The notes under the pieces were generated by a model. It was not told the origin of the DNA and ran no database searches. It saw only the letters and a program-made list of their open reading frames with translations. DNA of 64,000 bases, from NCBI GenBank assembly GCA_964518565.1, contig CAZFGX010000001.1, positions 360,409-424,408 of the forward strand. The letters run 5' to 3'. This document shows, one piece after another, positions 10,841 through 19,843 of this stretch. Every line of letters starts with the position of its first letter. The stretch's first letter is position 1. The stretch is from an uncultured Gammaproteobacteria bacterium. Lineage in GTDB: Bacteria > Patescibacteriota > Microgenomatia > CAZETR01 > Amesbacteraceae. A program made the position numbers and the translations under genes.

Positions 10841-11242
10841 CTAATGATTTCCTGGCAACGCTGCCCAGGTATCGTCCAAGATCTTTCTTACACCAGCCGG
10901 AATCCAGTATTCCCATGACGGACTTTTTGTCCGCAGAAAATACCCTTGTTCTGACTGAGTTCCGATCTCGAGCTGATCTACTTGGTATCGATTTTTTACC
11001 GACTTGGCCGGATCTCGCGCCTCAAACACATGAAACCAAGAAAAGTGAGCTGGTGGTTTCCCTAAATAATCACCAGATTGCTTGATCACATGATCAATAA
11101 AATTTGATCCTGGCTCAAATGCGATACGTCGACTGCAATCAAACAGATGCACCCCGCTATACACAATGCCTTTGGATACGATCACCAACAGGCGATTTTG
11201 CGGATTGTTCGGCGAACCCAAGAAAAAATATTGAATCTTCAC
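10841..11242 (-). CDS. Hypothetical protein
   Basis: Open frame; GGAGG 5 nt before GTG 11242. Confidence 0.6.
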   Translation of the reverse strand: MKIQYFFLGSPNNPQNRLLVIVSKGIVYSGVHLFDCSRRIAFEPGSNFIDHVIKQSGDYLGKPPAHFSWFHVFEARDPAKSVKNRYQVDQLEIGTQSEQGYFLRTKSPSWEYWIPAGVRKILDDTWAALPGNH

Positions 11243-11257
11243 GCATTCCTCCAAAAA

Positions 11258-11297
11258 GAAAAATGCGCCTGAAGCTTTGCAAAAAGCCCCAGGCGCA
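11258..11297 (-). terminator. Intrinsic terminator-like hairpin
   Basis: TGCGCCTGGGGCTTT-TTGC-AAAGCTTCAGGCGCA followed by a T-rich tract. Confidence 0.7.
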
Positions 11298-11305
11298 ACG
11301 TATCT

Positions 11306-11581
11306 TTAGACATTGTGCCGATTGGCGCTGACAATAGTCGAAGCTGCCAAAGCTGTGATCGCGAGCACAATTGCCCCTATTCCACAAAACAGCGCCAAAA
11401 ACAGACGCTCTACGATTGGCACATAACCGGCTTGTCTACATATATCGACAAACAAACTACTTGGCACGCACTGTGCCAATTGATGTTGTCGGTATGCTTC
11501 CAGGCCAATCATGGCCAAAAATGCTCCTAGGAAAAAGACAAAACAAAATGCCCCCAGTGCTTGCCTTGTACCTTTGTCCAT
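11306..11581 (-). CDS. Hypothetical 2-TM membrane protein
   Basis: Two hydrophobic helices; GGAGG SD upstream. Confidence 0.7.
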   Translation of the reverse strand: MDKGTRQALGAFCFVFFLGAFLAMIGLEAYRQHQLAQCVPSSLFVDICRQAGYVPIVERLFLALFCGIGAIVLAITALAASTIVSANRHNV

Positions 11582-11594
11582 AAAGCTACCCTCC

Positions 11595-11948
11595 TTAACG
11601 AGGAATTCTCTTTTGCTTGGGTCGGTGCCAACTCATGAGTTGGTCAAAATGCCACAAGATTTCCTCGACCACTTTGGCATCACTGACCAATGCCTCAATC
11701 CACATTCGCCGAGTTCGATACAACATCAGCCGAAAACATAGATACCGTCTTGTCGCCGCCTCATGAATCGCGTCTCGCAACGCAATCGCGATTTGATCCG
11801 ATGACATAGACTTTCCTTGATGCTTCGACAGTGTCCGGCAAATTTGCATCCGGACTGGCTTTGGTAGCCAACGTGTCTTCAAACATTTCATGCAAGCTTC
11901 CACATCTTTGGGTATCACGTATCTTGAAGGTCGATTTTCACTGTTCAC
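11595..11948 (-). CDS. Hypothetical basic protein
   Basis: GTG start overlaps the upstream stop; AGGAG upstream. Confidence 0.6.
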   Translation of the reverse strand: MNSENRPSRYVIPKDVEACMKCLKTRWLPKPVRMQICRTLSKHQGKSMSSDQIAIALRDAIHEAATRRYLCFRLMLYRTRRMWIEALVSDAKVVEEILWHFDQLMSWHRPKQKRIPR

Positions 11949-12172
11949 GAAAACTTCTCCTTTTTCAGATTTTGTAACATCTGATTCATGAAAGTTGCTT
12001 GTGGATCACTACTGGGGGTAGTGTCCTCAAACATCGGTAAGGACTTCGTGGTCTCCCATAAACTGCCCATCACACGCACTCGAAAAGCCTCTTGGCCTTC
12101 AGACTCAGAATACTCAGGCAGTCCTAGGTCTTGGGCTATTTCTATCAACCGCTCCAAACAAACATCTGGCAT
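11945..12172 (-). CDS. Hypothetical protein
   Basis: GGAGG SD; own TATAAT, small hairpin and boxA-like GCACCTTAAC upstream. Confidence 0.65.
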   Translation of the reverse strand: MPDVCLERLIEIAQDLGLPEYSESEGQEAFRVRVMGSLWETTKSLPMFEDTTPSSDPQATFMNQMLQNLKKEKFS

Positions 12173-12244
12173 TACGCCTCCAGAAAGTTAAGGTGCTCCG
12201 TAAAAAACGGATGAGTAATTATAGCGTAAATCCAGTTTGTATTA

Positions 12245-12526
12245 TCAGTTCTGTCGCATGTCTGCAGCTGGAAAACGTAACACACCAGTGTACCAGAGCA
12301 GGCTGTTCGCAATATTTGTCTCTTTGTCGCGAAACATTCTCTGGATTTCAGCCACTGATTCGCATACGTACAAATATTCCCGACTATCATCCATTTGACC
12401 ACAAATCAAATTGCGCAGCGGATCATCTATTTCTGGCATCTCACTCGGCAATTCGTTCAAGGCAAATGGCTTCAGATCGCGCACCAATGTCCCTTCAGAA
12501 TTTCGTCTTAGTCCCAAATTAACCAT
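12245..12526 (-). CDS. Hypothetical protein
   Basis: AAGGAG SD before ATG 12526; TATAAT upstream. Confidence 0.65.
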   Translation of the reverse strand: MVNLGLRRNSEGTLVRDLKPFALNELPSEMPEIDDPLRNLICGQMDDSREYLYVCESVAEIQRMFRDKETNIANSLLWYTGVLRFPAADMRQN

Positions 12527-12607
12527 AGAGTATCGCTCCTTTGTAAAACTGCAAGTTCCGAAGAAAGTTTTCGGTAGCAAATTATACCGCACTACAGGCC
12601 AAATTAG

Positions 12608-12679
12608 TGAGGCGACTGGGACTCGAACCCAGAACCCACAGCTTAAAAGGCTGGTGCTCTACCATTGAGCTATCGCCCC
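12608..12679 (-). tRNA. tRNA-Lys(UUU)
   Basis: GGGGCGA/TCGCCTC acceptor stem, anticodon loop CTTTTAA, GTTCGAG T-loop; CCA not encoded. Confidence 0.95.
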
Positions 12680-12753
12680 AGAAGGGGTAATCTGGTCAAT
12701 TATAGCCTCTCTTTCGCTTTCCTGCACCTGAGTTGGCATATAAAATAGGGAGT

Positions 12754-13182
12754 ATGGTTTGGCTAGAAGCATTCTTTTTGTTCATTTGGCTGAAGTGTAT
12801 TTGGGTAGGCGTGCACAGTAAACAGATGTTCAAACCTACTCCAGCCTTGTTTCCATTAGGCATATACGTATATGGAGACGGAATAATAGTTGGTGCATGG
12901 TGGAGTTTGTTGACACTTCTCACATTGGCTATTGGTAGTTGGGACTGGTGGGCGCTGGGAGCGTGTTGTTTTTGGTTAATTAGAGCTGGTGGGGAAGTGA
13001 TCTATTGGCTTATCGAGCAGTTTGCCGCTACACACCGAAATAATCCTAGAGACCTGTGGGGTTATCGTTGGGTAAAAGATGAATCTATTTGGTTTATATA
13101 TCAATTAATAAACCAATGTTTTATGATTTTTGCATTGCTGGGTATTTTTTATTTTGTAAAACGTATCTACTTCGGTGACTGA
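12754..13182 (+). CDS. Hypothetical Trp-rich membrane protein
   Basis: Hydrophobic ORF; TAAAAT 7 nt before ATG 12754. Confidence 0.6.
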   Translation: MVWLEAFFLFIWLKCIWVGVHSKQMFKPTPALFPLGIYVYGDGIIVGAWWSLLTLLTLAIGSWDWWALGACCFWLIRAGGEVIYWLIEQFAATHRNNPRDLWGYRWVKDESIWFIYQLINQCFMIFALLGIFYFVKRIYFGD

Positions 13183-13217
13183 TATCCAGTCTTTCAGGTA
13201 TAATATATCTGTTATTT

Positions 13218-13290
13218 GGCCTTATCGTCTTAGTCCCGCAAGGCGGGACGGTAAAGTGAGTGCCAAGCACGAACGTCTCGGCTAGGACAC
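13218..13290 (+). pseudogene. Interrupted duplicate of the tRNA-Glu 5' end carrying a structured insert
   Basis: GGCCTTATCGTCT...CGGCTAGGACAC matches nt 1-27 of the adjacent tRNA-Glu, split by about 46 nt containing two hairpins. Confidence 0.7.
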
Positions 13291-13304
13291 ATTTAAAATT
13301 TATT

Positions 13305-13376
13305 GGCCTCATCGTCTAGCGGCTAGGACACCGGGCTTTCATCCCGGTAACCGGGGTTCGATTCCCCGTGAGGTCA
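13305..13376 (+). tRNA. tRNA-Glu(UUC)
   Basis: GGCCTCA/TGAGGTC acceptor stem, CCGGG-CTTTCAT-CCCGG anticodon arm, GTTCGAT T-loop. Confidence 0.96.
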
Positions 13377-13386
13377 CAAATTATAT

Positions 13387-13477
13387 CCTATAATATTTAC
13401 TTCTTGGGCAATTTTTGCTATACTTCAGCCTCACTCTCGCGCATTGAAAAATTGTGAACTGAAACTTTTGTAGGAGG
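13387..13477 (+). promoter_or_regulatory. Cassette leader: TTTACT-N17-TATACT promoter, boxA-like GCGCATTGAAAA, AGGAGG SD
   Basis: Elements at 13396, 13419, 13439 and 13472. Confidence 0.65.
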
Positions 13478-13481
13478 CTGT

Positions 13482-13895
13482 ATGGGAAAAAGAGCAGTAA
13501 GAAATGATAGTTTTCTCTATCGATATTGGATCTGGGATTTTCCAGAAATTAAGGCTGAAATCGAATCACTATTCGCCGAAGCGGGCACTGTCAAAATCTT
13601 GGATGACGACGAAAATTCGTTGAAAATCGAGTTGGAATTGCATAAACCACTAGCGATAGTTCGAACTAGTGGTGCAGATGGAATTATGGTAAACACCTCC
13701 ACATATACATGTGTGGGGACTAAGCCGTCGGTACATCTGTACCAGATTCCAAAAAAAGGTGATAAAACAATCATTTTTTTCATAGATCTGGAACTAGAAA
13801 CGTCGATTGAATATAAAACGCTAACACCAGACGACTTGCGCCAGGCTATCAGAAGTGTCGCGAAAGCGATGACCGAAACCTGGCACATCATCTAA
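13482..13895 (+). CDS. Hypothetical protein
   Basis: 137-aa ORF with strong SD. Confidence 0.75.
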   Translation: MGKRAVRNDSFLYRYWIWDFPEIKAEIESLFAEAGTVKILDDDENSLKIELELHKPLAIVRTSGADGIMVNTSTYTCVGTKPSVHLYQIPKKGDKTIIFFIDLELETSIEYKTLTPDDLRQAIRSVAKAMTETWHII

Positions 13896-13934
13896 AAGAC
13901 AAAAATTCGAAGTTGAATAAAAAGAGAGGTATGT

Positions 13935-14411
13935 ATGGACGAAAAATCTTGGCAAGGAATTGCTATAACCGGACGTTGGGTCTTGGGAACAATTGCACTA
14001 TCTGTATTTGCAATCATGATACTTGTCATGATCTTTACGTATCCCTTTGTCACTCTGTTGCAGGGATATGGGATTGAAGATGTAAACAATCCAAAGATAG
14101 TCGTCATTGCATTGATCATGGTGGTCGCCTTTGTCTGCACGCTTATTTTCAATGGCAACATGATCTTTGGAAATCCTGCTCGAGATGCCGCAATATTCTT
14201 TCTCATTTCGACAGGAATCGTCTGGATATCTTTTGCTGCGAGTGGGATAAGTATGCGTCCAGAAATCGCAGATGCGGCTTGGGATGCAATGCTGTGGTAC
14301 TTTGGAATTTCGGTGTTTAACTTTCTGTTTGAGATCGTTTATTCGATCTTTATGCCCGAAAGTATTGTTGCACCTGAAACCAGTGAGCAAGTAGAAAGTG
14401 AAGGAGCGTAA
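13935..14411 (+). CDS. Hypothetical 4-TM membrane protein
   Basis: Four hydrophobic helices; GAGG SD. Confidence 0.75.
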   Translation: MDEKSWQGIAITGRWVLGTIALSVFAIMILVMIFTYPFVTLLQGYGIEDVNNPKIVVIALIMVVAFVCTLIFNGNMIFGNPARDAAIFFLISTGIVWISFAASGISMRPEIADAAWDAMLWYFGISVFNFLFEIVYSIFMPESIVAPETSEQVESEGA

Positions 14412-14413
14412 AA

Positions 14414-14953
14414 ATGAAAAATACAGTAACCGCCGAAGAGATTCTTGCAAGTTTGGCACTAGACGCAGAATGGATGAAAACCCCAAGTGATATCCAAAAA
14501 GTGTTGCAACCATTCATCGGTCAATTGCCAAAACTACTGGCCGATTTGCTGCCAAAAACCGTAAATCTCAAACAGGTTTTGGATGCAAAAATCATTTTCA
14601 TCCGCTACTGTCTGGAAAATGGTTTGATTGCGGCCCTAGCGCCTAATGTCAGAAAAAATCTCAAACTTACAGTAACTCTAGATGGCGAAACATCGGCCAA
14701 TCTTACTGATATTATGGGTGACATATTTGACATGTCAGACATGATCTTAGATGCGTTGACTACTGCTTTGGAACAAGTGACCGAGCTGAGTGCAAATCTA
14801 GATTCAACACTCAAAGACTATGGTTTGACCGAACGTGAGGTATTGGTCAAGATGGGACTTAGTGGCACGACTTTAGAAAAGTATGACCGAGAGTCACTGA
14901 CATTTGCCGATCTGCTGCGCACGCAGCCAATCGTGATTGTCAAAGAAAACTAA
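14414..14953 (+). CDS. Hypothetical helical protein
   Basis: 179-aa ORF; AAGGAG SD. Confidence 0.75.
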   Translation: MKNTVTAEEILASLALDAEWMKTPSDIQKVLQPFIGQLPKLLADLLPKTVNLKQVLDAKIIFIRYCLENGLIAALAPNVRKNLKLTVTLDGETSANLTDIMGDIFDMSDMILDALTTALEQVTELSANLDSTLKDYGLTEREVLVKMGLSGTTLEKYDRESLTFADLLRTQPIVIVKEN

Positions 14954-14969
14954 AGTATAAAGGAGAAAC

Positions 14970-15329
14970 TTGGCTACGAAAACCTTTTTTCGAGTGTTGA
15001 TTGCCGTAGTTGTTTTGCTGGTAGCTTGCAATTCCGAGCCCGCCAAAATAACTCTGGATGTGGGTGCTCAAATTCTTATTCCTGACGGGTATACGCTAAT
15101 TGGCGTTTCTTCATGGGGTGAGTTTAGTGCACATGAAACCTTCTACTGCAAAAACAACAAAACCGGACGAGCGTATGTATGTAACGACAGAACGATTAGT
15201 ACAGAAATAATTGTTCCCGATGGTTATACCTTGGTAGATGTTACAGGATGGGGGAGATTTAATTATCATCCTATCTACTACTGCCAAAAAAACGGTACAA
15301 ACGCGATTGTAGTTTGTAATCCAAAATAA
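14970..15329 (+). CDS. Putative lipoprotein with two internal Cys-containing repeats
   Basis: Lipobox LLVAC; duplicated PDGYTL..V..WG.F......YC..........VCN; AAGGAG SD. Confidence 0.75.
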   Translation: MATKTFFRVLIAVVVLLVACNSEPAKITLDVGAQILIPDGYTLIGVSSWGEFSAHETFYCKNNKTGRAYVCNDRTISTEIIVPDGYTLVDVTGWGRFNYHPIYYCQKNGTNAIVVCNPK

Positions 15330-15332
15330 ATC

Positions 15333-15437
15333 AAAGCACCGAATGGGTGAGGAAAAACAAATAAGTGACGTGACCAAAATGCTTGGCCTACATCACAAGT
15401 TTGTCTTTCCTCTAAAAAACCCATGAGGTGCTTTTTT
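15333..15437 (+). terminator. About 100-nt imperfect hairpin ending in a T tract
   Basis: Paired segments AAAGCACC/GGTGCTTT, ATGGGT/ACCCAT, GAGGAAA/TTTCCTC, ACAAA/TTTGT, GTGA/TCAC. Confidence 0.7.
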
Positions 15438-15460
15438 CGTTTCTGGGGTATACTTTTCCC

Positions 15461-15871
15461 ATGAATCCAATCTCTGTCCAAACTACCGTCAATGCACCTA
15501 TCGAAAAAGTTTGGGAATTTTGGAATGGAGTAGAACATTTTGCTGGGTGGGCATTTGCCTCAGACGACTGGGCAGCTGAAGGAGTAGAAAATAATGTCAC
15601 AGTCGGTGGCCAACTCAAAGTTCACAATTTTGCCAAAGATCAGAGTATGAGCTTTTATTTTCAGGGTACATATACAGTCGTGGAGCCACAAAAATTACTA
15701 GAGTTTGATCTCAGTGACACCCGTCATGTCCGAGTAGAATTTGTTCCCATAGAGGGTGGTGTCCAAGTGGTCGAGACATTTGATCCAGAAAATGAAAATT
15801 CAATAGATATGCAGCGCGCCGGCTGGCAAGCCTATCTAGACAACTTCAAAAAATACGTCGAATCGCACTAA
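15461..15871 (+). CDS. SRPBCC/AHSA1-like domain protein
   Basis: APIEKVWEFW, GTYTVV.P, ETFDPENENS..MQRAGWQAYLDNFKKYVE; leaderless TATACT-N6-ATG. Confidence 0.9.
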   Translation: MNPISVQTTVNAPIEKVWEFWNGVEHFAGWAFASDDWAAEGVENNVTVGGQLKVHNFAKDQSMSFYFQGTYTVVEPQKLLEFDLSDTRHVRVEFVPIEGGVQVVETFDPENENSIDMQRAGWQAYLDNFKKYVESH

Positions 15872-15894
15872 CTCGTTCGTGCTACCATAAATAT

Positions 15895-16683
15895 ATGGGT
15901 TGGGGCAAAGTAGGTAAAAGAATTTTGGTGCTATGTGTTTTTGTCGGCTTGGGGTTGGCATATGTGTTTGCCTCGGGTTGCAACAATGGCGATATGTTTG
16001 CTCCATTGTGTGGGTTAGGCCAACTCATGTTTTTGGCATTAGGTATTGGCCTGATCGTGGCATTTACCTTGGTCAGTCTGATCATTTTCCGCCCTTGGAA
16101 ATCCTCGGTCTCCGTACTCCCAAACAAGAGTGAGATCTTCAAATTTGTTATCACGCTTTTGTTGGCGATTCCTGTCTGTGGACTTATTTTGGGTGGCATA
16201 TTCTATGGCTATTTAGGAGTCACATTGTTGGCCGACAATCGCACCAAAACCCAAACCATAAACAATTACTCAGTCCAAAATTTCTCTGAATCCCCAGTAG
16301 TCAATCAGGTCACCAAAAAATATACCGCCATCACCGTCAAATTTACTCTGACTGCTGCCAAAGCTGGCAATTATAGTGGAGTGGTTCAGCTAGATGAGTA
16401 TTTTGGCCATTATATGACTACTCGATTCGACGGAGTCTATCTGCCGGCCAACACACCTGTACCATTTATGTTCATTCTTGAACCACAACCTGAATTTTTT
16501 ACCTCACAGGCTAATGGTCCATATTATCTCAATCTAGATATTTGGCCAGTAGATCCGGGCAGTGCGTTTCGCCATGTAAAAATTACTGGCGACAAAAATG
16601 GAACCAATACGTTAGGAGGTCCGACCAAATATATTCCTGGTCTACAAACTCGCAGCTATCTATTTACCGATTTTGCCAATTAA
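15895..16683 (+). CDS. Hypothetical membrane protein, 3 TM plus beta-rich extracellular domain
   Basis: Hydropathy pattern; TACCAT-N6-ATG. Confidence 0.75.
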   Translation: MGWGKVGKRILVLCVFVGLGLAYVFASGCNNGDMFAPLCGLGQLMFLALGIGLIVAFTLVSLIIFRPWKSSVSVLPNKSEIFKFVITLLLAIPVCGLILGGIFYGYLGVTLLADNRTKTQTINNYSVQNFSESPVVNQVTKKYTAITVKFTLTAAKAGNYSGVVQLDEYFGHYMTTRFDGVYLPANTPVPFMFILEPQPEFFTSQANGPYYLNLDIWPVDPGSAFRHVKITGDKNGTNTLGGPTKYIPGLQTRSYLFTDFAN

Positions 16684-17786
16684 ATTCCCAATCCCTGCCA
16701 AAAGTTTTTCAATGCTCCATACGCTGGCTTGTTATAAATACCCCAATAATCTTCATTTGCCTTCTGGTCAAAACAAGTCAAACAAACCCACGACTGACCT
16801 GCGTCAGGTGTGGCCTGATTGGGATCGCCGATTTTTGACCAATCATCGGTAAAAGCAAATAGAAATGCTCCAGCAAAAGTATTTGGTCGTAGCCTGCTCG
16901 CTTGTTCCACAATACTGGTCATCTGTATCAATCGATCTGCCTGAGTGGTCTGGTTTTCACTCATGGTTCGCACATCAAAGCTGTCTGAACCGTATTCATG
17001 TAACAATACTGAGATCCCAGGCCATTGAGTGGTGACACGATCAATTCGAGCCAGTAATCCTGCCAGGGTATCCCATTCATAATCATTTATCGTATACGTA
17101 GTCAGGTGTGGGGCACTAGTTTTGAGATAAGGGAGTGCTACCAAATTTGAGTTGTCAGCATAGAGCACTTGTTTACCTGGAGCAGTTTTAGCTGTCCAGT
17201 CGACCATAGAGCCTATCCAGCTGGCATATGCCTGTCTACTCTCCTGTGTCGGCAATTGTTCAAATACTTCGTTACCTATCAAATAGGCATATACATTTGT
17301 ATTTGTCATCGTATCTTTGACTAAAGCTTGAAATTGGCTGGTTGCTCGCGAAATAGTTGCAGATTGTGTCCAATCTTGAGTAGAGTTAGAAAAATAGCCA
17401 ATCAAAAGCTTCAAATTTCTTTGTTTTGCTACTGGATAGACGGTTTCGCAAAATGTCTTTCCAGAAGTAATATTCCAATTCGAATACCAATCAAATAGAC
17501 CACAGTTATATAGTCCTACTGCCCTGGCTCCTGTATCAGCCAAAGCGTTCATTTGTGCCGAAATACTCGCAGTGTTTGTTTCCAAAGCAGTTTCGTTCAT
17601 GGGGTTGTAGTTTATCCCGCGCAAAAAATCTGTTCGTGTAGGCACCATGGTCGGGGTTGGAATCAAAGTAGGGGTAGGGGAAGGTTTTTTGGACTTTGCT
17701 GACATGGCAAATGAAGGCGCAAATACGACTCCGATTCCTAGCGCTACGACGCTCAAAACAATAAAAAATAATTTTTGCTTTTGCAT
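16680..17786 (-). CDS. Secreted/anchored clan GH-A glycoside hydrolase (GH2/GH5-like TIM barrel)
   Basis: Signal/TM and PT linker; RGINY, IGNE (acid/base), HEYG (nucleophile), FAFTDDW. Confidence 0.8.
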   Translation of the reverse strand: MQKQKLFFIVLSVVALGIGVVFAPSFAMSAKSKKPSPTPTLIPTPTMVPTRTDFLRGINYNPMNETALETNTASISAQMNALADTGARAVGLYNCGLFDWYSNWNITSGKTFCETVYPVAKQRNLKLLIGYFSNSTQDWTQSATISRATSQFQALVKDTMTNTNVYAYLIGNEVFEQLPTQESRQAYASWIGSMVDWTAKTAPGKQVLYADNSNLVALPYLKTSAPHLTTYTINDYEWDTLAGLLARIDRVTTQWPGISVLLHEYGSDSFDVRTMSENQTTQADRLIQMTSIVEQASRLRPNTFAGAFLFAFTDDWSKIGDPNQATPDAGQSWVCLTCFDQKANEDYWGIYNKPAYGALKNFWQGLGI

Positions 17787-17850
17787 GAACAAGTACTATA
17801 CCATACCCAGATTTGCTAATAGTCCTATAGTATTATATAATATAGAAGAT

Positions 17851-19776
17851 ATGGACAAAAAGTCAATATTTTCTCCTCGACAATGGCTAGTATTTTCTAT
17901 TCTTGTTTGTGCCTGGTTGGCCTCTGTTTGGCTATTTTGGGGTTGGTGGTTGCGACCCGAGCATCGCGGCGACCCTCTTTTATTCTGGTTAGTTAGCTTC
18001 GCCTTCTTCTACGACGGGACTTTTTTGCCGACGATGTTTTTGTATTATCTTGGTCGAGCCAAAAAACCGGTGACCAAAAAAGTTACTGAAAAATTATCTA
18101 CAGCCAAAGTCGCCATGATCTCGCTCACTGTGCCAGGGTCAGAAGCCTTGGAAATAGTCGAACGTCAGCTTGTGGCTATGAAGGCTGTAAAATTTCCCCA
18201 TGACAGCTGGATACTAGTAGACAAAGTTCATTCTCCTGAAATAGCCAAATTGGCCAAAAAACACGGAGTAAAGTATTTCTGTCGTCATGATGCAGATGCT
18301 TGGGGAGCGGATAAAGTGGCCTATTGGAATCAATCGGTTCCTCCTTTCAAAGCTAAAACCAAAGCCGGAAATGTAAATGCCTGGATCGACGCCCACGGAG
18401 CCAAATATGACTATTTTACCCAGCTAGATATTGATCATTTGCCAATCCCTGAATATTTAGACAAAGTATTGGGCTATTTTGCCAAACCAACCATTGCTTG
18501 GGTGCAGGCACCAAGTGTGTATGGCAATTTGGAGTATTGGACTGCTAAAGGTGCCGCCGAACAAGAACTCGTCCTCCAAGGACCATTGCAAATGGGCTTT
18601 TATGGCAGTACCGATACTCCATTTATTATTGGTAGTCACAGTACCTATCGCATGTCCGCAGTCAAAGAAATTGGTGGATTTCAGCCTACTCGTGCCGAAG
18701 ATCATTTAGACACACTTTATCTGGCCACCAAAGGATACACTGGAGTATTTTTGCCTGAAGTTATTGCTACCGGTGACGGGCCAGAAACGTTTGAAATTTA
18801 TCTGTCCCAACAGTTCGCTTGGGCCTATTCGTTGGTTCAAGTACTAATGAGCCATGCACCAAAAGCTCTCTGGCGTCTAAAGCCATCTGTGGCATTACAA
18901 ATGTTGTTTGCCGAGACTTGGTACCCACTGTGGACACTGGCCATGCTTACCTTGTTTATCTCTCCGTCTATTGCCCTGATCACAGGCCGACATATTTCAG
19001 TCGTCAATTTCTGGGACTTCACACTTCGAAGTGCCGGCATGGGGCTAGTTGGTTTTGCTGCCTGGCTGTGGAGCCGTCGCTGGCATCAGCCCAAAGGTTT
19101 GGGTCTATCATGGCGGGGGATTATGCTGCACAGTGCCCGTTGGGTGGTAGTATTTTCAGCTATTATCCAAGCAGTATTCCGAGTAAAAAAGCCGTACATG
19201 ATTACCCAAAAAGGCGGCAACGAAGGCAAGACTGTGAGTATTGGTGCTCTGATGCCGTATATTATTCTATTGTACTCAGTTCTAGGTGTTTGTTTGTGGT
19301 ATATCAGCCGAGTCGGTATTGGGCCTACCCAGGGGTATTTACTCTTTAGCCTAGAGGGTGCATTTTTTATGAGTATTGTCGCCATATTACCTGTAGTTTT
19401 ATTAATTAAAGAACATGGTTGGATCTCTTTCAAAAACCATAAATTAGCCCTAAGTGTCATTGGTATTGCCTTTATCGTATTTATTGTCGATTCGCTCTTT
19501 GCTTATCCATTAGTCACCAAGGCCATCTGGAACGAATCAGAACAACCAATGCTTATGCCAGTAGCTAATACTATCATTACGCCAACAGTAACCCCTTCAC
19601 CAACTCCAGTTCCATCTATCAGCACATCAAATATTCACATCGTTCAAAACGGTGAATCCCTCTGGTCTATCGCCCAAAAATATTATGGCGACGGGTCAAA
19701 GTGGCCCCACCTCTCTCGATCGTTTAACTCAACTACGATTCACCCCGGCGACCGAATCGAATATAATCTCCCTTAA
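17851..19776 (+). CDS. Cellulose-synthase-like GT2 glycosyltransferase with C-terminal LysM
   Basis: KAGNVN, QLDIDH, VQAP, RAED, QQFAW, TM helices, LysM HIVQNGESLWSIAQKYYG; start at ATG 17851. Confidence 0.88.
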   Translation: MDKKSIFSPRQWLVFSILVCAWLASVWLFWGWWLRPEHRGDPLLFWLVSFAFFYDGTFLPTMFLYYLGRAKKPVTKKVTEKLSTAKVAMISLTVPGSEALEIVERQLVAMKAVKFPHDSWILVDKVHSPEIAKLAKKHGVKYFCRHDADAWGADKVAYWNQSVPPFKAKTKAGNVNAWIDAHGAKYDYFTQLDIDHLPIPEYLDKVLGYFAKPTIAWVQAPSVYGNLEYWTAKGAAEQELVLQGPLQMGFYGSTDTPFIIGSHSTYRMSAVKEIGGFQPTRAEDHLDTLYLATKGYTGVFLPEVIATGDGPETFEIYLSQQFAWAYSLVQVLMSHAPKALWRLKPSVALQMLFAETWYPLWTLAMLTLFISPSIALITGRHISVVNFWDFTLRSAGMGLVGFAAWLWSRRWHQPKGLGLSWRGIMLHSARWVVVFSAIIQAVFRVKKPYMITQKGGNEGKTVSIGALMPYIILLYSVLGVCLWYISRVGIGPTQGYLLFSLEGAFFMSIVAILPVVLLIKEHGWISFKNHKLALSVIGIAFIVFIVDSLFAYPLVTKAIWNESEQPMLMPVANTIITPTVTPSPTPVPSISTSNIHIVQNGESLWSIAQKYYGDGSKWPHLSRSFNSTTIHPGDRIEYNLP

Positions 19777-19843
19777 TCCGCAGTTCTCAATCGCTGAGAA
19801 CAGTTGGATCATATTTGGGTTCTTTCAAAAATTGGAGGTTGTC

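Noticed and set aside
10833-12560. Closing stems for the minus-strand units after tRNA-Lys
   Set aside because: Only 6-7 bp matches were found, which is within chance expectation.
13218-13290. Functional intron-containing second tRNA-Glu
   Set aside because: The copy stops after the D-arm; no anticodon arm, T arm or 3' acceptor strand follows.
17647-17850. N-terminal extension of the GT2 ORF
   Set aside because: It overlaps the divergent hydrolase gene; ATG 17851 follows a TATAAT and is the better start.
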